Assembly: GCF_000829315.1 (NCBI RefSeq)
Contig: NZ_AP013028.1
Span: forward strand, 510,001 to 542,000
Origin: Wolbachia endosymbiont of Cimex lectularius
GTDB taxonomy: Bacteria > Pseudomonadota > Alphaproteobacteria > Rickettsiales > Anaplasmataceae
Length of the DNA stretch: 32,000 nucleotides
Direction of reading: 5' to 3'
In this document: positions 9,469-19,357 of the stretch, in pieces
How positions within the stretch are numbered: the first letter of the stretch is position 1
Layout: every line of letters begins with the position of its first letter
The notes under the pieces: generated by a model
Databases searched by the model: none
What the model was told of the DNA's origin: nothing
Seen by the model: the letters and a program-made list of their open reading frames with translations, nothing else
Position numbers and translations under genes: made by a program

Positions 9469-9726
9469 AAAAAACTACTTGACAACCTTCACCATTACCC
9501 TTATAATAATACTGAAGCTATTTGTTTAACTTCCCAATCTGTGCACTGCATGTCTTTTTAAAACTTCGGGTTTTTACCCATACAAGCTGAAACGCGCTTA
9601 TAAGTCGTTTAAGACATCACCCAACGCCGGATTTTAAAATAGAGAGCGGAATAACTAGTTACCTCGGGTTTTTATTGTCTTTTTTCCCTGCCTGGTAAAT
9701 TTCTTAAATATTATAGCTTAGACTAG
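9469..9726 (+). repeat. Promoter-bearing repeat, copy 1 (candidate small RNA unit)
   Basis: The reverse complement of 24485-24760 aligns to this region. The 127-nt core 9542-9668 differs from the other copy at only 2 positions. It has no ORF of 60 aa or more, and a 7-bp stem atgtctt/aagacat (9550-9556 / 9611-9617) closes a 68-nt domain. Confidence 0.75.
9479..9507 (+). promoter_or_regulatory. Consensus sigma70 promoter inside repeat copy 1
   Basis: TTGACA (9479-9484), a 17-nt spacer accttcaccattaccct, then TATAAT (9502-9507). Both hexamers match the consensus exactly. Confidence 0.65.
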
Positions 9727-9846
9727 TTGCGTTTAAAAGCAGCTAAATTGCAGCGTTTAAGGCATAAAAGCGCCAATACTGAAAGTAAATACCGACCAGG
9801 GCTCCTTTTGCTTTTTTTCTCGCTTGGTAAGTTTCTTAAATATTTA
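9675..9846 (+). repeat. Two ~39-nt direct repeats (9675-9713 and 9808-9846)
   Basis: ttgtcttttttccctgcctggtaaatttcttaaatatta versus ttgctttttttctcgcttggtaagtttcttaaatattta. The start-to-start offset is 133 bp. A shortened relative (tttctttgcctgtttttct) sits at the end of repeat copy 2. Confidence 0.6.
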
Positions 9847-9860
9847 TTGCTAAAGTAGTA

Positions 9861-9935
9861 TCCTGGGTCCCAGTGTTGGCTACTTGGATGACACCCATAA
9901 CCTTGTCATTTCAGCGCGTGACGCTGGAATCTAGG
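9861..9935. repeat. Two adjacent degenerate palindromic elements (cccagtg... type and ttcagcgcgtgacgctggaa type)
   Basis: tcctgggtcccagtgttggctacttggatgac is followed by gtcatttcagcgcgtgacgctggaatc (stem cagcg/cgctg). Both have the gtcat/atgac-flanked architecture seen at 7237-7266 and 10014-10040. Confidence 0.6.
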
Positions 9936-10013
9936 AATTTTATTAAGTTGGTGAATATAAAAGTAGCTGTTTTATGTTAAAATACGACGTTTTTGATGAT
10001 TATGGAAAGGCTA

Positions 10014-10040
10014 GATCCCAGTATCGAGCATTGGAATGAC
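10014..10040. repeat. Degenerate palindromic element of the same family as the one in gdh
   Basis: gatcccagtatcgagcattggaatgac versus gatcccagtatcaagtactgggatgac in gdh (7238-7264). Confidence 0.65.
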
Positions 10041-10153
10041 AAGAAAAGGAGGCACTTACATGACACCACTTTTGCTTCAATATTTGCAAATTAACCACGT
10101 CCCTAAATAGATATCAAAGTTTTAGAATAAATTGTACCTACTCACAACCTCAA

Positions 10154-10175
10154 TTCGCACCTAAAAAGGTGCGAA
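10154..10175 (-). other. Perfect hairpin downstream of surE (possible terminator, but no U-tract)
   Basis: ttcgcacc-taaaaa-ggtgcgaa forms an 8-bp stem with a 6-nt loop, about 75 nt after the surE stop on the minus strand. Neither strand has a T-run after it. Confidence 0.3.
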
Positions 10176-10247
10176 ACAGGAAGTATTATGTCTAATAGCT
10201 ACATATTATTCGGCTAATAAAAGATTTGCAAACGTTTTTTCAATTAA

Positions 10248-10991
10248 CTATGGAAAAAATTTGTCTGCGTGAGAATTTTTCATAGCATTCAACGTATCAT
10301 AATCTGTAAAATCTAATTTTATTGGTGTGATAGTGATAAATCCTTCTTTGATTTTACCTACACTACCACTACCTGAGTGTTCTCGAGACCAGTTTAAACT
10401 TAAAGAGCCATCTGAATTTTCAGTAAAGGTTAAATCTCCATCAATGTTATATTCACCTTGCTCAACAAACTCTATTCCTTTTACTTTTTCCACAGCAGGA
10501 AGATTTACACTCATCGCTATATTTTTAGGCCAGCCAATTTCAACTAGTTTAGCAATAACTTTTGGTGCAAAAACCTTTGTATTGTGCCAGTTTATCCCGT
10601 TATGATATACTTGGCTTAGCGCAATAGAAGGTATAGATCTTGCAGCGCCTTCCATAACAGCACCAATTGTTCCTGAATAACAAACATCGTCTCCAACGTT
10701 TGATCCAACATTTACTCCAGATAATATTAAATCTGGCTTTTTATTCATGATCTTATTCAGCGCAATAATAACACAATCTGCAGGAGTACCAGACACACTG
10801 AATTCCTTTTTACCATGTTGGTTTACTCTAATAGATTGACTTATTGGGTAGTCAAGAGATCTTGCTGCTCCACTTCTGTCAGTATCTGGTGCCACTACCC
10901 ATATTTCTGATGCAAAATTTTGTGCAACCTCTTTGAGTAATTTTATTCCTTCACTTTCAAAACCATCATCATTTGTTATTAATATTATCAT
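10248..10991 (-). CDS. surE: 5'/3'-nucleotidase SurE
   Basis: MIILITNDDGF... matches the SurE N-terminal NDDG motif, and the length is SurE-like. The longest ORF starts 7 codons earlier at 11012; the ATG at 10991 is preferred by comparison with family N-termini. Confidence 0.85.
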   Translation of the reverse strand: MIILITNDDGFESEGIKLLKEVAQNFASEIWVVAPDTDRSGAARSLDYPISQSIRVNQHGKKEFSVSGTPADCVIIALNKIMNKKPDLILSGVNVGSNVGDDVCYSGTIGAVMEGAARSIPSIALSQVYHNGINWHNTKVFAPKVIAKLVEIGWPKNIAMSVNLPAVEKVKGIEFVEQGEYNIDGDLTFTENSDGSLSLNWSREHSGSGSVGKIKEGFITITPIKLDFTDYDTLNAMKNSHADKFFP

Positions 10992-11206
10992 ATGAAATTT
11001 TATATAGCTCAAAAGTTATGATAAATAATTCTGGTCACTGTTTGCAAATAAATATATCGCTCTTACCTACTTTCAATCATCTGCAGCTTTTATTGATTTT
11101 CTAGTACTTTACCTCTACCATGCATTAAATTCATGAAAATTCATAGCTTGACGGAAAAATCAATCTGACCTCATATTTGTGCACTAGTTCCAGTGTTGGG
11201 AGATAA

Positions 11207-13249
<2,043 letters not shown>

Positions 13250-13331
13250 GAAATGTCTAAGTGAACGTACCTTTGAGATGCCTTTTTAGGGCACCTTGTC
13301 TATCTCATTCTACCATTCTGCTGCACAAAAA

Positions 13332-13820
13332 CTATCCCATAAAACATGAATCTTTCATATGAGCATGACAAATTGCTATAGCAAGAGCATCAGCAGCATG
13401 GTGACATTTTATATCTAAATTTTTAACTATCTGTTTCACCATAAATATAACTTGATCTTTGTCAGCATGGCCATTTCCAGTAATGCTTTTCTTTATATAG
13501 TTTGCATCATATTCATTTATAGTTAACCCTGCTACCTCCAATGACAAAATTACGACCCCTCTCGCGTATCCTAAAATTAGCGAAGATTTAGGATTCTTAT
13601 TAACGAAAACTTTCTCCACCGCAGCTTCACTTGGAGAATATAAAGAAATTACTTTTTTTAGCTGTCCGAAAATTATGTGCAGACGTTCACCTATGCTGAG
13701 CTTACTGTCAGTTGATATGGTACCACTTTCCAGAAACTCAATATTACTTTTCTCACTCAGATTGATAATAGCCCATCCAGTTTTACTTATTCCCGGATCG
13801 AGACCTATTATTTTAACCAC
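13332..13820 (-). CDS. ruvC: Crossover junction endodeoxyribonuclease RuvC
   Basis: IIGLDPGISKTGWAII at the N-terminus and ...HHAADALAIAICH near the C-terminus are RuvC catalytic motifs. The start codon is GTG. Confidence 0.9.
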   Translation of the reverse strand: MVKIIGLDPGISKTGWAIINLSEKSNIEFLESGTISTDSKLSIGERLHIIFGQLKKVISLYSPSEAAVEKVFVNKNPKSSLILGYARGVVILSLEVAGLTINEYDANYIKKSITGNGHADKDQVIFMVKQIVKNLDIKCHHAADALAIAICHAHMKDSCFMG

Positions 13821-13835
13821 CTAAAAAACACTCAG

Positions 13836-14648
13836 CTAATAAATAAATACAAACAAAAATATCCAGACCACATCTACAAAGTGCCAATACCAGGAAGCAA
13901 ATTCAAAGCATAAATGGTCTTGAGGTGTAAATTGATCTTTCCGAGCCCTGAACAAACATACTGACAAAAATATTATCCCTATTATAATGTGTGCGCAGTG
14001 AAACCCAGTAATCATATAAAAATTGGACGCATAGATCAGCTTTTCTCCTGTTTCTTGTAGTGAAAAACTCGCCTCATGATACTCCATAGCTTGCACCATT
14101 ATAAAAAATACCCCAAGCAATATAGTCGTTGATAGCATTTTAATCATGCTCTTTTTATCATTTTCAAGTAGAGAGTGATGTGCCCAGTTAATAGTTGTAC
14201 CAGAAAGCAATAATATTAACGTGTTCATAAATGGCAATGACCACGGATCAGGCGGCAAAATTCCCTCAGGAGGCCATTCAACCCTTTTTGTAGGAGAAAA
14301 TGCCTCAAATGAAAAAACCGGGTCAAGCCAGGCTTTAAAGAATGAACAAAAGAACGTTATAAAAAATACAACTTCTGAAAGGATAAATAAGTACATTGCA
14401 ACCTTAAGTCCATTTTTTACAATGGCAGTATGGCATTTATCATAAATGGCTTCTTTTATTACATCCCTCCACCAATAAAATAACACCCCTGATACCGCAG
14501 AGATTCCTAAAATTAAACTAAGTATTCCAAAAACCTGTCTATGGAGGGTGCCAACTAACCCAAGCGCAAGAATAAGAATTGCCGCTGATATAACAATTGG
14601 CCAAGGACTTGGGTCCACTAAATGAAAATCATGTTCTTTACTTTTCAT
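13836..14648 (-). CDS. coxC: Cytochrome c oxidase subunit III
   Basis: A 270-aa polytopic membrane ORF beginning HDFHLVDPSPWP and ending ...ASWYWHFVDVVWIFLFVFIY, both signature COX3 motifs. Confidence 0.92.
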   Translation of the reverse strand: MKSKEHDFHLVDPSPWPIVISAAILILALGLVGTLHRQVFGILSLILGISAVSGVLFYWWRDVIKEAIYDKCHTAIVKNGLKVAMYLFILSEVVFFITFFCSFFKAWLDPVFSFEAFSPTKRVEWPPEGILPPDPWSLPFMNTLILLLSGTTINWAHHSLLENDKKSMIKMLSTTILLGVFFIMVQAMEYHEASFSLQETGEKLIYASNFYMITGFHCAHIIIGIIFLSVCLFRARKDQFTPQDHLCFEFASWYWHFVDVVWIFLFVFIY

Positions 14649-14695
14649 ACCATCTTCAAAAATACGTATTAAGCATACAAATTAGCTCAAAATTG

Positions 14696-15355
14696 TCAAT
14701 GTTCCTTAGGCACTTGATTGAACTTTGAAACATTATATGCACTGTCCCAAAAGTCCAATTCAAATTGTGCACTGATTCCAAATAATTCAAGCATTCTGCT
14801 CCTTTCATTTACCCCTACTTTTTGGCAATATTCATCAACAATACTCTCTAAAGCGATGCATCCATACTCTATTAAACTATTGCTGTAAAAATCAAACCAA
14901 TCTTTATACCTGTTATTTTTCTTGAATCTATTTTTCATAGTATCAATGACAGTCTTGTATATAAACATACAAGAATACAAAACTGTTATGGCTTCATAGG
15001 TATCACTATACGAGATGGATAAAAGAAAATTGGTAAAGTTGAAACATGCAAGAGATTTTTTTCCACGCCTTATACCATATACAGTAAAGTAGCGATCATA
15101 CAAGAATTTATTAGCAGCTATTGACCCTTGTGCCACTTTAGCAAGTAGGACCATGTTATTACGATCTTCTATTCTAGATGCGATAATTAATATGGTACGG
15201 ACATAGTCATCCAAAAATAATGCATCCTATTGGATATAGAACTTAAAACTCTTTATATTTAAAGTACTGTTCATCAATTCAACATTAAAAGGATGATCAA
15301 TTATATCTCTTAAAAGGTTTGATCCATAACAGCTCTTAATTATACTGCTAAACAT
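14696..15355 (-). pseudogene. TenA/thiaminase-II-family paralog with a single in-frame TAG at codon 43
   Basis: The frame is continuous from the ATG at 15355 to the stop at 14696 (660 nt), except for TAG at 15227-15229. The translation is MFSSIIKSCYGSNLLRDIIDHPFNVELMNSTLNIKSFKFYIQ*DALFLDDYVRT. It parallels the neighbouring paralog (HPFNVELMNNTLDYEKFKFYLQQDYLYV), so the TAG replaces a conserved Gln. Confidence 0.8.
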
Positions 15356-15412
15356 ATAAAATCAAAAAATTTAAGTTTTTGATATGAGTAGTTCACTGCT
15401 AACATCCTTTAA

Positions 15413-16063
15413 TCATGAGAGACTGGAATAGTACATCTCATCCCAGAATGCCAGTTCAAGCTCTAATCCACTATGAAAGAATTCTAACATGTTCTTTTGT
15501 TCATCACTGCTGTATTTTTCATATAGCTTATTCATGATTTTAGTCACATCATTAATCATCTCGGTGTTAAAAAAATCTATCCACTTCTGATATTTATTGT
15601 TAGGAGCAATGCCACTTTCCACAATGTGACGAACAACCATTTGATATATACAAAAACATGGGTAAGATGCTGCAAAATCTTCAGCAACAGAATTATGATA
15701 TGCAACGCGCATGAAAAAGTCAGTAAAAGCAGAACAAGACTTTGACTTTTTGTGGTTGTCAGATAAATCACAATCTGCGAAATGTTCTCTATAGTAATCT
15801 CGTGTAGCGAAAGTGCCAACAGCTACACTAGTTAATTTATCCATTATTTCAATATCATTAGCTTTAGCTGCAATGATCAATAAAGCGCGAGTACAATCTG
15901 TTACATACAAATAATCCTGCTGAAGGTAAAATTTAAATTTTTCATAATCCAGCGTATTATTCATTAACTCAACATTGAAAGGATGTTCCTTTATTTTTTT
16001 GATAAGATCAGATGATTCTCTTATAGCTATATCGTAGAATTTCTCTTTTATTTTGTTACACAT
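15413..16063 (-). CDS. TenA/Thi-4/PqqC-family protein (thiaminase II-like, heme-oxygenase-like fold)
   Basis: Contains HPF...FKFYLQQDYLY, YPCFCIYQ (PC at the position of the TenA catalytic Cys) and a C-terminal ELELAFWDEMY. This is the TenA family motif pattern. Confidence 0.75.
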   Translation of the reverse strand: MCNKIKEKFYDIAIRESSDLIKKIKEHPFNVELMNNTLDYEKFKFYLQQDYLYVTDCTRALLIIAAKANDIEIMDKLTSVAVGTFATRDYYREHFADCDLSDNHKKSKSCSAFTDFFMRVAYHNSVAEDFAASYPCFCIYQMVVRHIVESGIAPNNKYQKWIDFFNTEMINDVTKIMNKLYEKYSSDEQKNMLEFFHSGLELELAFWDEMYYSSLS

Positions 16064-16245
16064 TTTGTGAGCCTCGTAAATATGAAATTATTATTAATAT
16101 AGTATAATTATTATGAAAAACTAATTATATTTTAACTATAGGTTAGTATATCAGTATTAAGCTATAAATCAAAAACTTTAGCAATCTAAAGAAATTTTTT
16201 TGTTGTTCCCCATATTAAACTCCCTACAAAGAACATCAGACAAAT

Positions 16246-16735
16246 CTATGTTTTCCCAAGAGAATCCACATATTCTTCTGATTTCTTACCAAAGTGTCCA
16301 TAACAGGTTGTACGTTTATATATAGGACGATTAAGCGATAAATGTTTTATGATACCTTTAGTTGATAAATCTATGTTATCTTCGATAAGCTTTTTAATCC
16401 TCTTCTCATCTACTGTATTTGTACCAAATGTATCAATGTAGAATGAGGTAGGTTTTGACACACCAATTGCATAAGAAAGCTGCACAAGGCAGCGCTCGGC
16501 TAAACCTGCAAAGACAATATTTTTAGCAAGATATCTTGCCATATAAGCTGCAGATCTATCAACCTTTGTTGCGTTTTTTCCAGAAAACGCTCCCCCACCA
16601 TGCGGAATATATCCTCCATAAGTATCAACCATGATTTTTCGTCCAGTTAATCCACAATCACCAACTGGTCCACCAACAACAAACCTACCAGTTGGATTGA
16701 CCAAGAGATTTTCCTCAGAACACATCCACCCCTTA
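16246..16735 (-). pseudogene. metK: S-adenosylmethionine synthetase, 3' fragment only (about the C-terminal 40 percent), truncated at the IS
   Basis: [29 protein letters not shown]...[23 protein letters not shown]...SYAIGVSKP matches the C-terminal domain of MetK. The frame runs open into the IS end, and the roughly 225 N-terminal residues are absent on the other side of the IS. Confidence 0.88.
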
Positions 16736-17595
16736 GAACCTGTTTAAAATCTTGGAAATGTGAGGTAAAGTAAGCATAGATTAATAATGAGGTGTCTATG
16801 CAGAAAAGTTATCCAAGTAATATAAGTCAAGAGCAGTTTGAAAAAATCAGGCCAATTTTGGAGAGTAGCAAGCAGAAAACAAAACCAAGAAAACTTGATT
16901 TGTATGACGTATTTTGTGGGGTGTTGTACGTCTTAAAAAGTGGTTGTCAGTGGAGGATGTTACCAAAGGGTTTTCCAAGATGGGAAAGCGTATATTACTA
17001 TTTTCGAGTGTGGAGTAAAAAGAATGGAGAAGAGCCAAGCTTGTTGGAATTAGTCTTAAAAAAAATTAGTTGGAGAGGTCCGTATCAGCAATGGTCGGAA
17101 AGAGAAAACTAGCTTTTGTATAATTGATTCTCAAAGCGTTAAAAACGCAGATACTGCTGAAAAAAAAGGCTATGATGCAGGTAAAAAGATTTCAGGGATA
17201 AAGCGCCATATTGCAGTTGATACACAAGGTTTGCCACATGCAATTTATGTAACAACGGCAGAAGCAACTGACCGTAGCAGTGCTGTGAAAATGGTCGAAA
17301 ATGCTAAAGCAAACCTCTCTGAAGTTAAAAACATACTGGTTGATGCTGGCTACACAGGAGAAAATTTTGCAACACAAATAAAAGCTATCATTGGTGCGAC
17401 TGTTGAAGTAATAAAGCGAAGTGAGTTACACACTTTCGTCGTATTGCCAAAAAGATGGGTTGTTGAACGCTCTTTTGCCTGGTTAGAAAAGTGCAGGCGA
17501 TTGTGGAAAAATTGCGAGCGGAAGCTCAACACTAGCTTACAGATGATAGTCCTCTCCTTCATTTCTCTCCTGTTACGAAGATTTTAAACAGGTTC
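16736..17595 (+). mobile_element. IS5-family insertion sequence, copy 2 (identical to 224-1083)
   Basis: Same 18-bp IRs and same ORFs, offset by exactly 16,512 bp. TTA sits on both sides (16733-16735, 17596-17598). Confidence 0.9.
16792..17587 (+). CDS. IS5-family DDE transposase in two frames (ORFA 16792-17112; ORFB frame to 17587)
   Basis: Protein sequences are identical to those of copy 1, with the same A8 run at 17058-17065. Confidence 0.85.
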
Positions 17596-17874
17596 TTACA
17601 CTAACTCATCACTTTTATAGAACATCTCATTAAAATCATCTAAAGTTCCAAAATCCTGGTCATTGATAAACAAATGATCATCAATAACATATGCTTTATC
17701 AAGAGTAAATGGTTCGTAGTAATGGTTGTGAGCCGGACTAACAATTTCGTTATATAAAACCATAACTTGCTCATAGCTATATTCTTTGCTCACATGGTAT
17801 TTGTCACGTACGGTATCATAAAAATTCTTCATATCGTCATACGTAACTTGTAGTTCCACCTTATACTTTCCCAT
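17596..17874 (-). CDS. Hypothetical acidic 92-aa ORF, probably the C-terminal part of the upstream gene (joined through a C9 tract)
   Basis: I recognise no family. The ATG lies 8 codons downstream of the C9 tract in the frame that a C10 tract would produce. The stop codon TAA coincides with the IS target duplication. Confidence 0.5.
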   Translation of the reverse strand: MGKYKVELQVTYDDMKNFYDTVRDKYHVSKEYSYEQVMVLYNEIVSPAHNHYYEPFTLDKAYVIDDHLFINDQDFGTLDDFNEMFYKSDELV

Positions 17875-17894
17875 TTCAATAGGTTCACCTATCT

Positions 17895-19190
17895 TTAAGG
17901 GGGGGGGTGCAGATAATCTTCCTTCTTATCATCCTTCATACTGTTTATAACACTTGTTATGACAACTTCTTCTTGTTCGTCCTCTTCACTTAAAGACAGT
18001 TCTTGAGTTGACGCTTTCGATGAAGAGTCTTCTTGAAACTCCACGTTCGTTGATTTTTGGTCCTCATTTTTTGCTTGTGAGTTATCACTATCTTTCATAT
18101 CATTATCGTCTTCTTCAATTGCTCTTTTCTTTCTAGGCTTGGTTTCACTTTCTACTATAACTTCTTCGTTCATTTGCTCATTATCAATTGTAGCTTCAGT
18201 ATCTAATTGACTCATCCAGCCATCATTTCTCTCTAGACTATGAGATAATTCTTCAGGTAACTGACTATCACCAAAATACTGGTTCTTAGTGCTTAAATTG
18301 CTTGCATAAGAATTGAAGTCGAACATTGGATAAAATCCACTATCAAGATCAGAATAGGAGCTTTCGTTCAGCACAAAAAATAAATCGCTATAATCGAGCA
18401 GCGTATCATAACCAGAACTAACACAATGTAGGTACTCATTGCCTTCATAATCTGCTATATAGTATTTACTCGAATCGAGAGGTATCTTATCTCCTTTCTC
18501 TCCATCAAGTTGCAGAATTACTGCTGAACGTCCATCACCTACTTCGTGACCTTTTATCACTTTAAATATTTTAATCTCCTCTTTTTCTATAAGTTCTTTT
18601 AACTCTTCATTCTTTTGGTTTAATTCTTCTTCCGCCTGTCTTTTCTCTCTTACTAGCTTCACCTCTTTTTCAGCAATTTCATTTTGTACTTTTAAAAGTA
18701 CGTCTTGCGTAGCTAAGCCATTAGTGTTGCTTAGAAAGTTATCTAACACATTTGATGCAATTGGTGACAATTCACCATGATCATCAAATACTTTTTCTTT
18801 TGCCTTATCATAGTAACTTGGATTATAAATTACAGCCAGAGGATAAAAGCCATAGTCTGCGATTGCTCCTTCACCCAATGATAGCTCCATTGAAAATCCG
18901 TAGTGATTAAGTGGAAGGTTAGAAGTTAAAGATCTGCCATCATCATTTTTAACATATAGCTCATCTCTACCATAATATCCACCGTATTTATTGTAATAGA
19001 TATAAAAATTCTCATGATTGAGGTCTAAGTAGCTATCCAGGTTATCAAACTTAACTGTATCGCCGAGCTTCCCGCGCAAAAGATTTTTGCTTTCATTTGT
19101 AAGCTTTATGCGCGCAGAAAAGTGGGATTGACCTGCTATAGGCTCACCTCTTTCTATCTCAAAGTTCAAAGTAATCTTATCGTCAACCAT
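17895..19190 (-). CDS. Hypothetical protein with a central coiled coil and an acidic Ser/Asp/Glu-rich tail (orphan, candidate effector)
   Basis: The ATG at 19190 is preceded by GGAGG with a 6-nt spacer (the longest ORF uses TTG at 19205). The coiled-coil-like stretch is KVQNEIAEKEVKLVREKRQAEEELNQKNEELKELIEKEE. The tail contains KPRKKR, and the ORF ends LHPPP* inside the C9 run. Confidence 0.65.
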   Translation of the reverse strand: MVDDKITLNFEIERGEPIAGQSHFSARIKLTNESKNLLRGKLGDTVKFDNLDSYLDLNHENFYIYYNKYGGYYGRDELYVKNDDGRSLTSNLPLNHYGFSMELSLGEGAIADYGFYPLAVIYNPSYYDKAKEKVFDDHGELSPIASNVLDNFLSNTNGLATQDVLLKVQNEIAEKEVKLVREKRQAEEELNQKNEELKELIEKEEIKIFKVIKGHEVGDGRSAVILQLDGEKGDKIPLDSSKYYIADYEGNEYLHCVSSGYDTLLDYSDLFFVLNESSYSDLDSGFYPMFDFNSYASNLSTKNQYFGDSQLPEELSHSLERNDGWMSQLDTEATIDNEQMNEEVIVESETKPRKKRAIEEDDNDMKDSDNSQAKNEDQKSTNVEFQEDSSSKASTQELSLSEEDEQEEVVITSVINSMKDDKKEDYLHPPP

Positions 19191-19357
19191 AAATGGCCTC
19201 CACAAATTATGTAAATCTATTAATTTATCAATTATATGGTGTGTACTATGAAAAATATGTTAAATATTAAGATCTTTTTTCTATGTATAGTTTTTCCAGT
19301 TTATCTATATTGTTAAAGGTTACAGACTCATAAAAACAGTGCTAAACTGAAACTGCC

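Noticed and set aside
9675-9846. CRISPR-like direct repeats
   Set aside because: There are only two copies at about 85 percent identity with a 133-bp start-to-start offset. There is no regular array, no cas genes and no leader.
11186-11200. ttccagtgttgggag just upstream of ligA as another palindromic-element copy
   Set aside because: It is only a half-site-like fragment with too short a loop to fold, and it cannot be distinguished from chance.
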